From contig NC_090404.1 of NCBI RefSeq assembly GCF_036365525.1, positions 7,192,001-7,256,000 on the forward strand: DNA of 64,000 bases. The letters run 5' to 3'. This document shows positions 52,578 to 64,000 of the stretch, one piece after another. The stretch is from Heterodontus francisci (taxonomy: Eukaryota). The translations under genes were made by a program, and so were the position numbers. Numbering within the stretch: position 1 is the first letter of the stretch; the number at the start of each line of letters is the position of its first letter. The notes below the pieces were generated by a model. It was not told where the DNA came from. It saw nothing but the letters and a program-made list of their open reading frames with translations, and ran no database searches.

Positions 52578-52969
52578 CTCCTTCCTTCACCATCAGTGGA
52601 TTAAAGTCATATTGCCTTTATTGCCAGTCTCCAATTACCCTGAGATGAAGACTCCAGCCCCAAACGGATGATGTAGACTTTTAATAGCTTTGTGTCATGG
52701 ACCCGCAAGACGGGCAATTGTAAAAGTGCAAGTAAAAATGGAAAATAGATGCCATTCTTAACAGCACCAACCAGGTCCGGGGACTGAATACAAAAAATCA
52801 CATGAGCCAATTCAACACCTGACTAACATCATCTCACACTGATCATTGCACCCGTTCTCCTTCCTTCACCATCAGTGGATTAAAGTCAAACAACATTCTC
52901 CATGAAATCAGTGTGATACTTCACGAATATTGTACCGGGTGCTCTGCGTTTCAGATCTTCACATTCAAG

Positions 52970-54110
52970 AACACAAGAAATAGGAGCAGGAGTAGACCAT
53001 GTGGCCCATCGAGCCTGCTCCGACATTCAATACAATCATGGTTGATCTTAGACTTCAACTCCACTTTCCTGTCCCTTGATTCCCTGAGAGACCAAAAAAC
53101 TGCCTATCCCAGTCTAAAAATTATTCAACGATGGAGCATTCACAACCCTCTGGGGGAGAGAATTCCAAAGAATAACAACCCTTTGAATGAAGTAATTTCT
53201 CCTCATCTCAGTCCTAAATGATCGTTGCCTTCTCCTTAGACTGTGTCCCCGTGTTTTAGATTCCTCGATCCACGAATACAATCTCACAGTTCCTATCCTA
53301 TTCAGCCCCGTCAGAATCTTGAATGTTTCAATGAGATCGCCTTTCATTCTTCTAAACTGCAGAGAACATAGGCCCAATGTACTCATTGTACTCTCATCAT
53401 TAGAAAATCCCCTCAACCTAGGGACCAGTTTAGTGACCCTTCGCTGTACCGCCTCCAGTGCAAGTATATTCTTTCTTCCATGTGGAGACCAAAACTGCAG
53501 CCAGTATTCCAGGTGCGGTCTGACCAAACCATGTACAATTTTAGTAAGACTTCTTTATTCCTGTACTCCAATCCCCTTTCAATGAAGGCCAACATGCCAT
53601 TTGCCTTCCTAATTGCTTGCTGTACCTGCATGTTAACTGTCTGTGTTCTTTGCACAAGTACACCCAAGTCTCTTTGAACATCAACACTTACAAGTTTCAC
53701 ACCTTGAAAAAAATATTCTGCTTTTCTATTCTCACCGCCAAAGCGAATAACTTCACACTTCCCTACATTATATTGCATCTGCAATCTTGTTGCCCGCTCA
53801 CTTAACCCGTCTATATCTCTTTGCAGCCTCCCTGTATCCTCCCGACAGCGTACCTTTCCATCCATCTTTCTAGCCACAGCAAACTTAGATACATTATCCT
53901 CTGTTCCTTCATTTATGTCATTGATAGATTGTAAATAGCTGAGGCCACAGAGCTTATCCTTGTGGCACTCCACTATTCACTGCCTGCCAACTTGAAAATG
54001 CCTTATTCATGGCCACTCTTTGCTTCCTGTACATAAACCAATCCTCTATCCAGGCTAATATATTAACCGAAACGCAATAAGCCCTTGTCTTGCCTATTAA
54101 CCTTTTGTTT
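52970..54110 (-). mobile_element. 5'-truncated CR1 LINE
   Basis: ORFs 53114-53527 and 53413-53973 (RT C-terminus motifs). Confidence 0.88.
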
Positions 54111-54155
54111 GAATATTGAACTGCGGGGTCCCAGTGTGGGGATACTGCGGCCGTT

Positions 54156-54442
54156 ATGGAGTTTGGGCTTTTCGCTTTCTGGGCTCCTCTGGTATTGTTG
54201 TTTGATTATTATATTTGTGTTTATTACTGCGACTTTCTGCACATTCCACTATTGATAGAACTGACGTACATTCATCTACCTCTAGTTCTATTAGCCTCTC
54301 TGTCTATCTATCTGCCTGTATTATTATATTTCCAACTATCCCACTCTTCCCCTGTTAGTCAATCAATTCATCTTCGGCTGCTTCCTTTGTCTCCGGACCA
54401 AGGTTTCCTTAAAATGAGAAGCATATTATCTCTTCTACCTAC

Positions 54443-54495
<53 letters not shown>

Positions 54496-54853
54496 GATCT
54501 ATCGATCTCTCTGTCTATTATCTATTCGACGTTCTGCATCCACGGTTAACCAGGAATATTTTTTGCGGGTGTGAGTTATGGTGACTCTGTCAGACAGTGG
54601 CCAACAGAAGCCCAATATTTGGAAGGAGTTTCGATGAGCATTAATTGTATCTATTCAAACTCCAATGTGAGCTATTCTGTGCAGCTTTATCGTCGGAGCC
54701 AGAATATGGCTTCCACTTTCGGAATTCAGGCATATTCCTATGGAATGTACGAAGTTAACGGTCATTCTGGAAACGTTCGCAATTCGAGCTTTTCTCATCG
54801 TGACTGGGCTGCAGCTCGTTGACAGCGCCCTGTACTACTGTGTCTTAAACCTA
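54156..54853 (+). pseudogene. TCR alpha/delta-type V pseudogene 2 (leader 54156-54204, V exon 54569-54853)
   Basis: MEFGLFAFWAPLVLLF with donor GT>AT; acceptor CAG>CGG; GDSVRQWPTEAQYLEGVSMSINCIYS..., frameshift before ~54793, then LIVTGLQLVDSALYYCVLNL. Confidence 0.85.
54443..54494. repeat. (TATC)n microsatellite in the V leader intron
   Basis: Direct reading. Confidence 0.95.
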
Positions 54854-54890
54854 CACAGAAAAAGACCTCGGGATACTTCGTACAAATACC
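54854..54890 (+). promoter_or_regulatory. Damaged 23-RSS of TCR V 2
   Basis: CACAG[TG missing] + 23 nt + ACAAATACC. Confidence 0.75.
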
Positions 54891-54904
54891 GTGTTCTGTA
54901 AGGT

Positions 54905-57250
54905 CTTTGGTAGGCGGTGAAGGAACCAATAGGAGGGGAAAATATACTTGCCCTTGTCCTAACCAATCTGTCTGCCGCACATGCATCTGTCCATGACAAT
55001 ATTTGTACGAGTGACCACCGCACAGTCCTTGTGGAGACAAAGTCCCGTCTTCATCATGAGGATACCCTCCATCGTTGTGTGGCACGACCACCGTGTTAAA
55101 TGAGATAGATTTCGAACAGACATAGCAATGCAAAACTGAGCATCCATGAGGCGCTGTGGGCCATCAGCAGCAGCAAAACTTTACAACTGCAATCTGTAAC
55201 CTCATGGCCCAGCATAATCCCCAGTCTATCATTGTGAATCATCAGCGAACATCCCCACTTCTGATCTTATGATTGAAGGAAAGCCAGGGAACCAACCCTG
55301 GCTCAATGAAGAGTGCAGAAGGGCAAGCCAGAAGCAGCACCAGGCATACCTCAAAATGAGGTGTCAACCTGCTGAAGCTGCAACACAGGACTACTTGCTT
55401 GCCAAACAGCGTAAGCAGCATGCGATAGACAGAGCTAAACGATCCCATAACCAACGGATATGATCTAAGCTCTGCAGTCCTGCCACATCCAGCCATGAAT
55501 GGTGGTGGACAATTAAACAACGAACCGAAAGAGGTGGCCACAAATATCCCCATCCTCAATGATGGGGGAGCACAGCATATCAGTGCAAAAGATAAGGCCA
55601 AATCAGTTGCAATAATCTTCAGCCAGAAGTGCCGAGTGGATGATCCATCTCAGCCTCCTCCTGAAGTCCCCAGCATCACAGATGCCAGACCGAAGGCACT
55701 GGATACTGCAAGGTGTATGGGACCTGACAACGTCCCAGCAATTTTACTGACGACCTGTGCTCCAGAACTTGCTGCGCCCCTAGCCAAGCTGTTCCAGTAC
55801 AACTACAACACTGGCATCTGCCCGGCAATGTGGAAAATTGCCCAGGCATGTCTGGTACTCTAAAAGCAGGCCAAATCCAACCCGGCCAATTACATCCGCC
55901 AAACCACCCCCCGCCCCCACCCCACCTCCCCACAAGTCCACGTTCAATCATCAGTAAAGTGATGGAAGGTGCCGTCGAAAGTGCTATCGTGCAGCATTTA
56001 CTTAGCAATAACCTGCTCAGTGACGCTACGTTTGGGTTCCGCCAGGGCCACTCAGGGGCCGACCTCTTTACAGCCTTGGTTCAAGCATAGAAAAAAGAGC
56101 TGAACGCAAGAGGTGAGGCGAGAGTGACTGCCCTTTACATCAAGGCAACATTTGACCGAGTATGACAGCAAGGAACCCTAGCAAAACTGAGGTCAATGGG
56201 AAACAGGGGAAAACTCTCCACTGGTTGGAGTCGTACCTAGCGCAAAGGAAGATGGTTGTCGTTGTTGGAGGTCAATCATCTCAGCTCCAGGACATCACTG
56301 CAGGCGTTCCTCAGGGTACTGTCCTAGGCCCCACCATTTTCAGCTGCTTCATCAATGACCTTCCTTCAATCATAAGGTCGGAAGTGGGGATGTTTGCTGA
56401 TGATTGCACAATGTCCAGCACCATTCATGACTCCTCAGATACTGAAGCAGTCCGTGTAGAAATGCAGCAAGACCTGGACAATATCCAGGCTCGGGCTGAT
56501 AAGCAGCAAATAACATTCGTGCCACACAAGTACCAGGCAATGACCATCTCCAACAAGATAGAATCTAACCATCTCCCCTTGACATTCAATGGCGTTACCA
56601 TCGCTGAATCCCCCACTGTCAACATCCTGAGGGTCACCATTGACCAGAAACTGAACTGGAGTAGCCATATAAGAGCTACAAGAGCAGGTCAGATGCGAGG
56701 AATCCTGCGGCAAGTAACTCACCTCTTGACGCTCCAAAGCCTGTCCACTATCTACAAGGCACAAATCAGGAGTGTGATAGAATACTCTCCACTAGCCTGG
56801 ATGGGTGCAGCTCCAACAATACTCAAGAAGTTCGACACCATCCAAGACAAAGCAGCCCGCTTGATTGTCACCACATCCACAAACATTCACTCCCTCCACC
56901 ACCGCACACAGTGGCAGCAGTGTGTACCACCTACAGGATGCACTGCAGCAGCGCACCAAGGCTCCTTCGACAGCACCTTCCAAACCCGCGGCCTCTACCA
57001 TATAGAAAGACAAGAGCAGCAAATGGTTGGGAACAACACCACCTGCAAGTTCCCCTCCAAGCCACACACCATCCCGATTTGGAACTATATCACCATTCCT
57101 TCCCTGTCGCTGGGGGAAATCCTGGAACTGCCTGCCTAACAGCACTGTGGGTGTCCCTACCCCACATGGAATGCAGCGATTCAAGAAGGCTACTCACCAC
57201 CACCTTCTCAAGGGCAATTAGCGACGCCCACATCCCATCAATGAAATAAA
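54905..57250 (+). mobile_element. LINE family B, long ORF2 fragment and tail
   Basis: SDH, GPDN, GVPQGTVLGP and MFADDCT motifs; ORF 56162-57139. Confidence 0.9.
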
Positions 57251-57309
57251 AAGTACATTCATCTGCTTTATCCTCCTATTTGTATACTTACTTGCGCGTG
57301 ATACGAAGA

Positions 57310-57980
57310 ATAATCTGGAGATTACTACTTCTGAGCTCTGGCATGCTATTTTCCTATTTATCTCCCAAAATTCTGATGAAAAAGACCACATCCCCCTTTC
57401 TGCCGATGTCATTGGACCACGACTGCTGGCTGTTTACGATCTCCCCATCAGGGTGCGCTGCAGACATTCGGTCACATGTTTGACCCTGGCACCAGGAAGG
57501 CAACACACCATCCTGGATTCACATCTGCATCCACAGAACGCTGTTTATTCCCCTAACGATCGAATCTCCTACCCCTGTTGCTCTTGCAGTCTTCTTTTCG
57601 CCCTCTGCGCAGCTGAGCCAAGCGTGGTGCCATGGACGTGGATCTGGCTGCACTTCCCAGATGAACCAAAACTTTTATTAGTATTCAGAACTGAATACTG
57701 ATTGGAGAGTGAGATGCACTTGGGTTGCAGACACTTCTGCGCCGTCTTTTGCTGGGCTCCCACGTCATTGAGGATGAGGGTGAATTTGGAACGTCTTTCT
57801 CCTGTTAGCTGTTTAATTGTCCAACATCGTTCATGACTATATGTGGCAGGACTGTGGAGCTTTAATCTGATCCATTGGTTGTGGGACTACTTCGCTCTGT
57901 GTATCGCATGCTGCTTCCGCTGTTTAGCATGTATGTAGTTCTGTGTTGTCGCCTCCTCAGATTGACACCGCATTTTTAAG
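57310..57980 (-). mobile_element. CR1 ORF1 esterase fragment (~57310-57760) and LINE family B fragment (~57765-57980)
   Basis: GDSIVRG...CCLPGARV on -; the second part is the reverse complement of 55360-55560. Confidence 0.7.
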
Positions 57981-57989
57981 TCTATGGAG

Positions 57990-58450
57990 ACTAAAAACCC
58001 GGGCAGCTCCTGGCTGGAAGGAAGTTGGGTTTATACTCACTCTTGTAATGACTGGACCATTGAGGGCAGTGGGTCCCATACTTCACAGCGCCTGAGAAAG
58101 GCCCCAATCTGTGGCACGGGCCGCGTTACATTCTGAGACAACCCGCGACAAACGCGCACATCCGCAAAAGGTTTAACCAAGGCTTTTTATATCCCCGCGT
58201 GGACAAACTTTCACTTTTATGGATTAAGATCGAGTGGTATTTTAATGGAAAGTGAAGTCGGTTTTCTTTTCAATCAGTTGCTCTTTTATCTAAACGGCTA
58301 ACATGGGCAGTATGTGACATCTCACAAACATGGCGGACGTCAGTTTGACTGGCAGTGGGTGACGTCACAATGCTTCCCCTCGTCACCGCACTGTGATTTG
58401 CTGTTTCCAACATTGATTCAGGGTCAGGGGTCACGAGCCATCTCCAGCCT
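57990..58450 (-). promoter_or_regulatory. CpG-rich regulatory block, copy 2
   Basis: AAACATGGCGG (YY1) at 58326-58336, TGACGTCA at 58360-58367, TATAAAA at ~58185-58191, donor-like GTGAGTA at 58040-58034. Confidence 0.55.
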
Positions 58451-60692
58451 CCTCTCAGCACCTGTGACCCCGAACTCAGAACTGTGACCCCGAAGGGTTT
58501 CGTCTCGACATCTTAAAGGGGGCGTCACCAGTGAGACTGGTGCCTGGAAAAAGGACAGAAAGACCGAGAGACACAGCGAGGGAGGCTAAAGCTAAATATA
58601 GCTTAGAGGGCAGGACGGCCCAGAATGATAGTGGTGGGGGAGGAGTGGGGGGAGAGATTGGAGCAGAGAAAGAGTTCAAGCATCAACGCCACCCAGTCCC
58701 AAATATAATTCTGAGCCGTTAAGAAGGGTCGTTAATTCTTCTCTGCCTGAATCTGATTTGATATTCAACCACAGGAGACCTCGCGCCTGAACATCAGGAG
58801 TGCAGAGAAAAATGCATTCAAAGGACAATGTCGGAAGATACTGGGGTCGGAACAGAAAGCTCTGGTGATGTTCCCGTGACCGGGAGGTACCGAAAGAATC
58901 TGATGAGACAGTGACGAAGGAGGAGAGAAATTTCAATTTGTGAAAGTATGAGGTTCACTGGCGGATCCCGGGGCTAATTTTTAGGGAGATGGTATAAGAG
59001 GGAATAGAGCAGGGAGAGAGGATCCCTGGTGTGATGTTCAGTGAGTTCAGGGAGATGGTATCAGATGGAATCGAGCAGAGAAGAGAGAAAGGTCATCAGA
59101 GAAACATGTGACAGAGGGGCAGGGGTAACAGGTATTGCAGAAAAGGTGAAGGCAGAAAGTTGGCGTGTGCATAACAGAAAAGTGGAGAGTGTATGTGAGA
59201 CAGATTAGCTGGAGTGTGCGGGTTGTGTGAATAACAGAAAATGTGAAGACAGAGTCTCTGTATCTGATAGACCTCAGTCTCCTGGAATCATTCCTCCAAT
59301 TTGTGCTCTCTTTTGTGTCAGATGTGCCCCAGGCTCTGGGAATCATTCCAGGGATTGTGCTCCCCTGTTTGTCAGATCGGCTTCAGGCTTTGGAAATTAT
59401 TCCCAGGAATTTTCCTCCCCTGTTTGTCACATAGTTTTTGGGCATGGGAAATCATTACCCGGGGTCGTCCTCTCTGGTTCATTAGATAGGCCCAAGGTTC
59501 TGGCATCATTCTTAGAATTTGTGCTCCTTGTCGTATCAGATAGACCCCGGCTCTTGAAATAATTCCCAGCATTTGTGTTCGATGGTATATTGTGTCAGAT
59601 ATGCACCAGTCTCCAGAAATCATGCCAGGGTTTGTGCTCTCTCATGTGTTATATATCTAACCTGTGCTGTATCTGTTCTGAGAATGTTTAAAGGAACAGT
59701 GCAGAGAGAGCTCCCCTGTGTAACTAACCTGTGCCGTGCCTGCCCTGGGAGTGTTTGATGGGACAGTGGGGACGGAGATTTACTCTGTTTCGAACCGGTG
59801 CTTTGCCTGTCCTGGGAGTGTTTTATGGGAGAGTGCAAAGCGAGCTTTATTCCCTATCAAACCTGTAACGTGCCTGTCCTGGAAAGGTTTGATGGGACAG
59901 TATTCCTCCATGTATCAGACTGCGATGGAGCAGAGCGCTGCTCTTTAATATAACCTGGCACATGACTGTGGCAGACCATAAGATGGGAGAATTCAGTGAG
60001 GTGCTCCTGGTCACTGTCCGGTCATTCTGCCACTGGGAGTGGCAAGATACGGCAGAACGAAAGGTGTCTTTACTCTGAAGGGACTCTGGTTGGCACTGCA
60101 GCTCCTTCACCGAAGAGCCTTGGGATTAAACGCAACCCGGACAGGACTGGTGCCATATTGCTGTCAGGAAAGTGAGGAAACGTGTAATCGGGAAAAGGGA
60201 GCTGTGTAGAGGGTCATTAGGGCAAGGAATTCAGTCAAGTCCAAGTTAGTCCATGTGTTACTCAATATTTATTAACAATTTTAAAAAAGAACATTTTACA
60301 GAGAGGATTTAAAGAAAGGTCCAAAATGAATATAACAACTTTACGTCACATTGAGTACAGAACACATACGATCTGAGCTGCCAGCTCTCTGTAAAACTGT
60401 AACAGAGCAGAGAGAGAAAACGGAGCTCAACATAAAAAGGGACCACTTGTGAATAAGGAATAGTTACTTATTTACACATGAAATTCAAACGAAGGTGAAA
60501 CTCGAAGACGCATTTACATTAGAGCCACGATTATCCCACATATTTTAAAGAGGAAAACGGGAATACTATTTATGATTCTCTCAGCTACAGATTCAGAACT
60601 ATAAATTGAAGGCATTTTACTGTTGGTGTTTTTCTGTTATGCAGAGATGTTTAAAAAACGAGGAAAATCCAGGGTGGCATAAATTCACTCGA

Positions 60693-60701
60693 TCACTTGA
60701 C
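60693..60701 (-). CDS. IGHM: IgM cluster 2 TM2 (VK*)
   Basis: ttttacag/GTCAAGTGA on -. Confidence 0.9.
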   Translation of the reverse strand, partial: VK

Positions 60702-60840
60702 CTGTAAAAGAGGGATAAAGGAGTGAAGCAGAGATTTCGTGGTTCGGGACATTCATCTCAAGGTTAAATTTATGAAACTTTTAGAGATTTGCGAAACAAC
60801 TTCAGTTAAATTGAAGTGTGAGTGGATTGAATATTCTCAC

Positions 60841-60968
60841 CTTCACCAGAGTGACGGCAGCACTGTAGAAAATGCTCAGGAAGAACAGGATGATGAATGT
60901 GGAAGCGGTTGTCCAGATGTTGCCGCTCTCTTCCTCATTGTCTTCAATCCAGATGTGGTCTGAGGAAT
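60841..60968 (-). CDS. IGHM: IgM cluster 2 TM1 exon, intact
   Basis: DSSDHIWIEDNEEESGNIWTTASTFIILFFLSIFYSAAVTLVK; AG and GTGAGA intact. Confidence 0.95.
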
Positions 60969-63541
60969 CTACGCGGATATAGAGGAGGAAATATATTCAA
61001 ATAGTTTATTAATCCAGCATATATTTTGCATTCGAATGTCTCTTCCTTCAGCTATTATTGGTTTTCTAATTTAATTTTCAATGTGTGGCTATTAAGTTAA
61101 TCATGCTCAGTAATCTATCTCTGTTACCAACTCCACAATTATTCTTCCTTTATCATCGTCCTCCAGGCCTTATTGGAAAATGTGTCAGTTTTTTCTTCAG
61201 TGTCAGGCGCTTTTTTATTTTAGATGCAGTTGCGGTTTTTCTTAAGGGATTATTATGGTGAAATATGAGATATCGAGGGAGGTTTACTGATCGATAACAA
61301 TTATTTTGAAGATGGGTTCGGATATCTACTTATTTGGAGATTGTCAATTGTGCTGAGTAAGAGCTCGGATGCGAGTTCCAATCTTATTTGTATGTGATGA
61401 ATGTCGCTTGAAAATCATTTACATTCCTCAGTTTCTAAGTGAGAATTTTGCTTCGTTATCTTTTTAGGTCCACCGTGCATTCGGGAAGTTGTTGGAGATG
61501 GTGTCCATTCAATCAGTGCATTTGAATTCTACTTTCGTCAACAGCCTGGCGATTTTGTCTGCGCATTTAGTGTTTGTGCAAATGTGTACGAGTATCTTCC
61601 TTTGCATCACTCTCTGTTTCCATGTGTACGTGTGTGTGTGTGAGTGTTAATGTGTGGGAACAATGTAGTTGTTTGGGTGCCCATGTGTGTGTCAATGCGC
61701 GTGTTTATATGTTAATGCCTGTGTGTATGTGTCCATGTATGTTAGTGTGTTAATGTGCCAATGTGCATTGATTTGTGTAATCAAGTAGCCGTCTGTGTGT
61801 GTTTGGTGTGTGTGTATGTGTGTGTTTGTGGTGTGTATATGTGTGTGTGTAAGTCTATGTGAGTTGTGTTTCTTTATCCGTCTTTGTTTATGAGCGGTTG
61901 ATGTTTATTTATGTCGGTGTCTGTGTCCCTATGCGTGTGTTAATATCTGTGTTTCTGTGTTGATGGATGTGTTTATGTTTCCCTGTGTGTCAATGTGTGT
62001 TTATATGTCCATGTGTGTGTGCTAATGTGTTATTTATGCCTGCTTGTGTCCCCATGAGTGTGCAAATGTATGTTTTTGTTGATGTCTACGTTTATGTATT
62101 AATGCATATATTAATGTGTGTTTATGTGAGCATGTGTGTGAATGTATGTGCTGATGTGCGCGCTTGTGTATCCATGTTAATATTGGTGTCTATTTGTTTG
62201 TGAATGAGTGTGTTAATGTGTTAGTGTGTCTGTTTATCTGTGTGCATATGTACGCGAGTCTGTTAATATGCGAGTGTATGTGTCCATGTATGTGTTAATG
62301 TGTGTGATAGTGTGTGCTTTTATGTCTAGGTTTCTGCTTTCGTGAGACTGTACTAACGTGTGCATTTATGTTCGTGTTTGCGTATGTGACTGTGGGAATC
62401 TTTCTTTCAGCGTTTGGGTTTGTTTGTGTATGTAGATGCAAATGTGTGTTTGTACATGTGCGTGTGTTTATGTGTTTGTTTATGTCCGTGTGCCTGTACA
62501 TTTTTATTATTAAACGAAATTTCAGAGAGTACAAATAACCACGTCTAGCCCTGACGGTGTGCACTGCAGAGAATATTCTTTATCGTTCTGTGCGTAAATC
62601 TATTCTGTGCGAGATGCAATATGACATCAGCTGGATGAATGCAACAATGAAAATGATGGGCCTCAGCACAACAGGAATAGTGGATGATTAAATCACCAGT
62701 TAGATTTAGACTATTGGAATTTAATCTGTCAGGGAACGTGGCCAACAGGAAAATGTTTTAAGATATCATGTTGCATAAAGATATATTTTGCAATATGTTT
62801 CCCATTTGGAATGTTTAAACCTTCGTACAGTGAACTGGAAGCCGACTTTGAACTGATGGCAATTGAATCCGATCATGAAGAGCAGTTGGCTTCCAATCTC
62901 TCTGCAGGGGGAGTGGGAGTATAGTGGGTTAACAAATGCCCTTACTCCTTTCTCTTTCGAGGAATTGGTGAGGGGTGGGGGGCCTATTACAGTAGTTCCA
63001 CAATTGCCTTCCTTCTCTATTGGTGAAGTGGAGGAACAGTGGATTAACAATTACCCTTTCCCCCTCTCTGTTTAGGATGTGGATCAATAGTAGATTAATA
63101 AATTGTACTTTCCCCTCTTTCTGATGGAGAATTGTGAGTGCAGATCGTACTTGTGTGTGGCCTTCGGTTCAGTTCCCAGAGCCTGTGATGCTGAAACTGC
63201 AAACTGACCTCAATACCGAAGGGGTGGACAACACGAGAAGCAGGAATACCGATATCTAAATGCACTTCGTTTGTTCGTTAGAAAAGGGAAATTTTCAGAT
63301 ATCCCCAGACAAGGCAGGAGGAAAGCTAAGTTGCTGGTGTTACCTTCCGGAATCCTGTAATGAATCAGTTTTCCTCTGTCGCTAACCTGTGGGATCTGAG
63401 TTGGGAGCACTGATTGCACAAGACTTGGGCCCGAGACCTGCAAATATCCCACTTTAGATGAATAGATCTACCCTTAGAAAATGTGGGAAGCAGAATTAAT
63501 TGAGCGCTTGTGTATTTGAATCGTGATTGGAGGAAAATGTC

Positions 63542-63557
63542 TTTATTGATTTTTATT
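63542..63557 (-). terminator. Secretory poly(A) signals (two AATAAA)
   Basis: tttatt at 63542-63547 and 63552-63557, 30-45 nt after the stop. Confidence 0.8.
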
Positions 63558-63585
63558 TAAGAATTAAAATGCAATCGAGAGATTC

Positions 63586-63977
63586 TCATTGACATGAATT
63601 GACAGTATCCAACAGTGCAAGGGAAATGTTCACAAAACTCGGTTTACCGCTGGATTTATTAACTGTTCTGTTGATGATCTTCAAGGGGATCGCTTCATGT
63701 CCCACCACACAGGAGTATGAAGCGCCGCTGGCCCACTCCTCCGCTGCAATGGATAACAGGCTGTAGATGAAGTAGGAGCTATTGTCGTTCTCCGCCATCA
63801 CCTCGGTGTTCTTGTAGTTACCGGGATTCACCGACTTGTCATTGACGGTCCACTTGACGAAGATCTCTCGGGGGGAGAAACCTCTCACTAAGCAGGTGAG
63901 GGAGAGGAACCTCTGAGCGGAGACATCGTCTGCCGGGGGCAGGAGGACAGATACGGACGGTTCCCGCAGATCTTTAT
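63586..63977 (-). CDS. IGHM: IgM cluster 2 CH4 and secretory tail, intact (the rest of the gene is beyond the window)
   Basis: [15 protein letters not shown]...[11 protein letters not shown]...[19 protein letters not shown]; acceptor at 63978-63979. Confidence 0.96.
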
Positions 63978-64000
63978 CTGCAGAAAAATTAAAATAGATA

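Overview
Eukaryotic genomic DNA from a cartilaginous fish. The IgM constant exons closely match what I recall of horn shark (Heterodontus) IgM. The window holds: (1) a complete cluster-type IgM heavy-chain unit on + (leader 18235, germline-prejoined V-D1-D2 with a 12-RSS, separate JH with a 23-RSS, CH1-CH4, secretory tail, TM1, TM2). It is a pseudogene with five lesions but keeps its D and J RSSs. (2) The 3' end (CH4, secretory tail, TM1, TM2; all intact) of a second IgM cluster on -, tail-to-tail with the first. The two share paralogous downstream sequence that includes a CpG/YY1/CRE block. (3) Two T-cell-receptor alpha/delta-type V pseudogenes with leaders lying between the two IgM clusters, one with a recognisable promoter and one with a damaged 23-RSS. 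(4) A C2H2 zinc-finger pseudogene and ZNF relics. (5) Dense retroelements: CR1 LINEs, a second CR1/L2-group LINE, a Tx1-like L1, HE1-type and Deu-type SINEs, and Penelope-like elements with minimal hammerhead ribozyme motifs, including a ribozyme-only mini-insertion and a fold-back insertion that ends at the predicted cleavage site. Exon, RSS and TSD coordinates were read by hand; repeat boundaries are approximate. No database searches were run.
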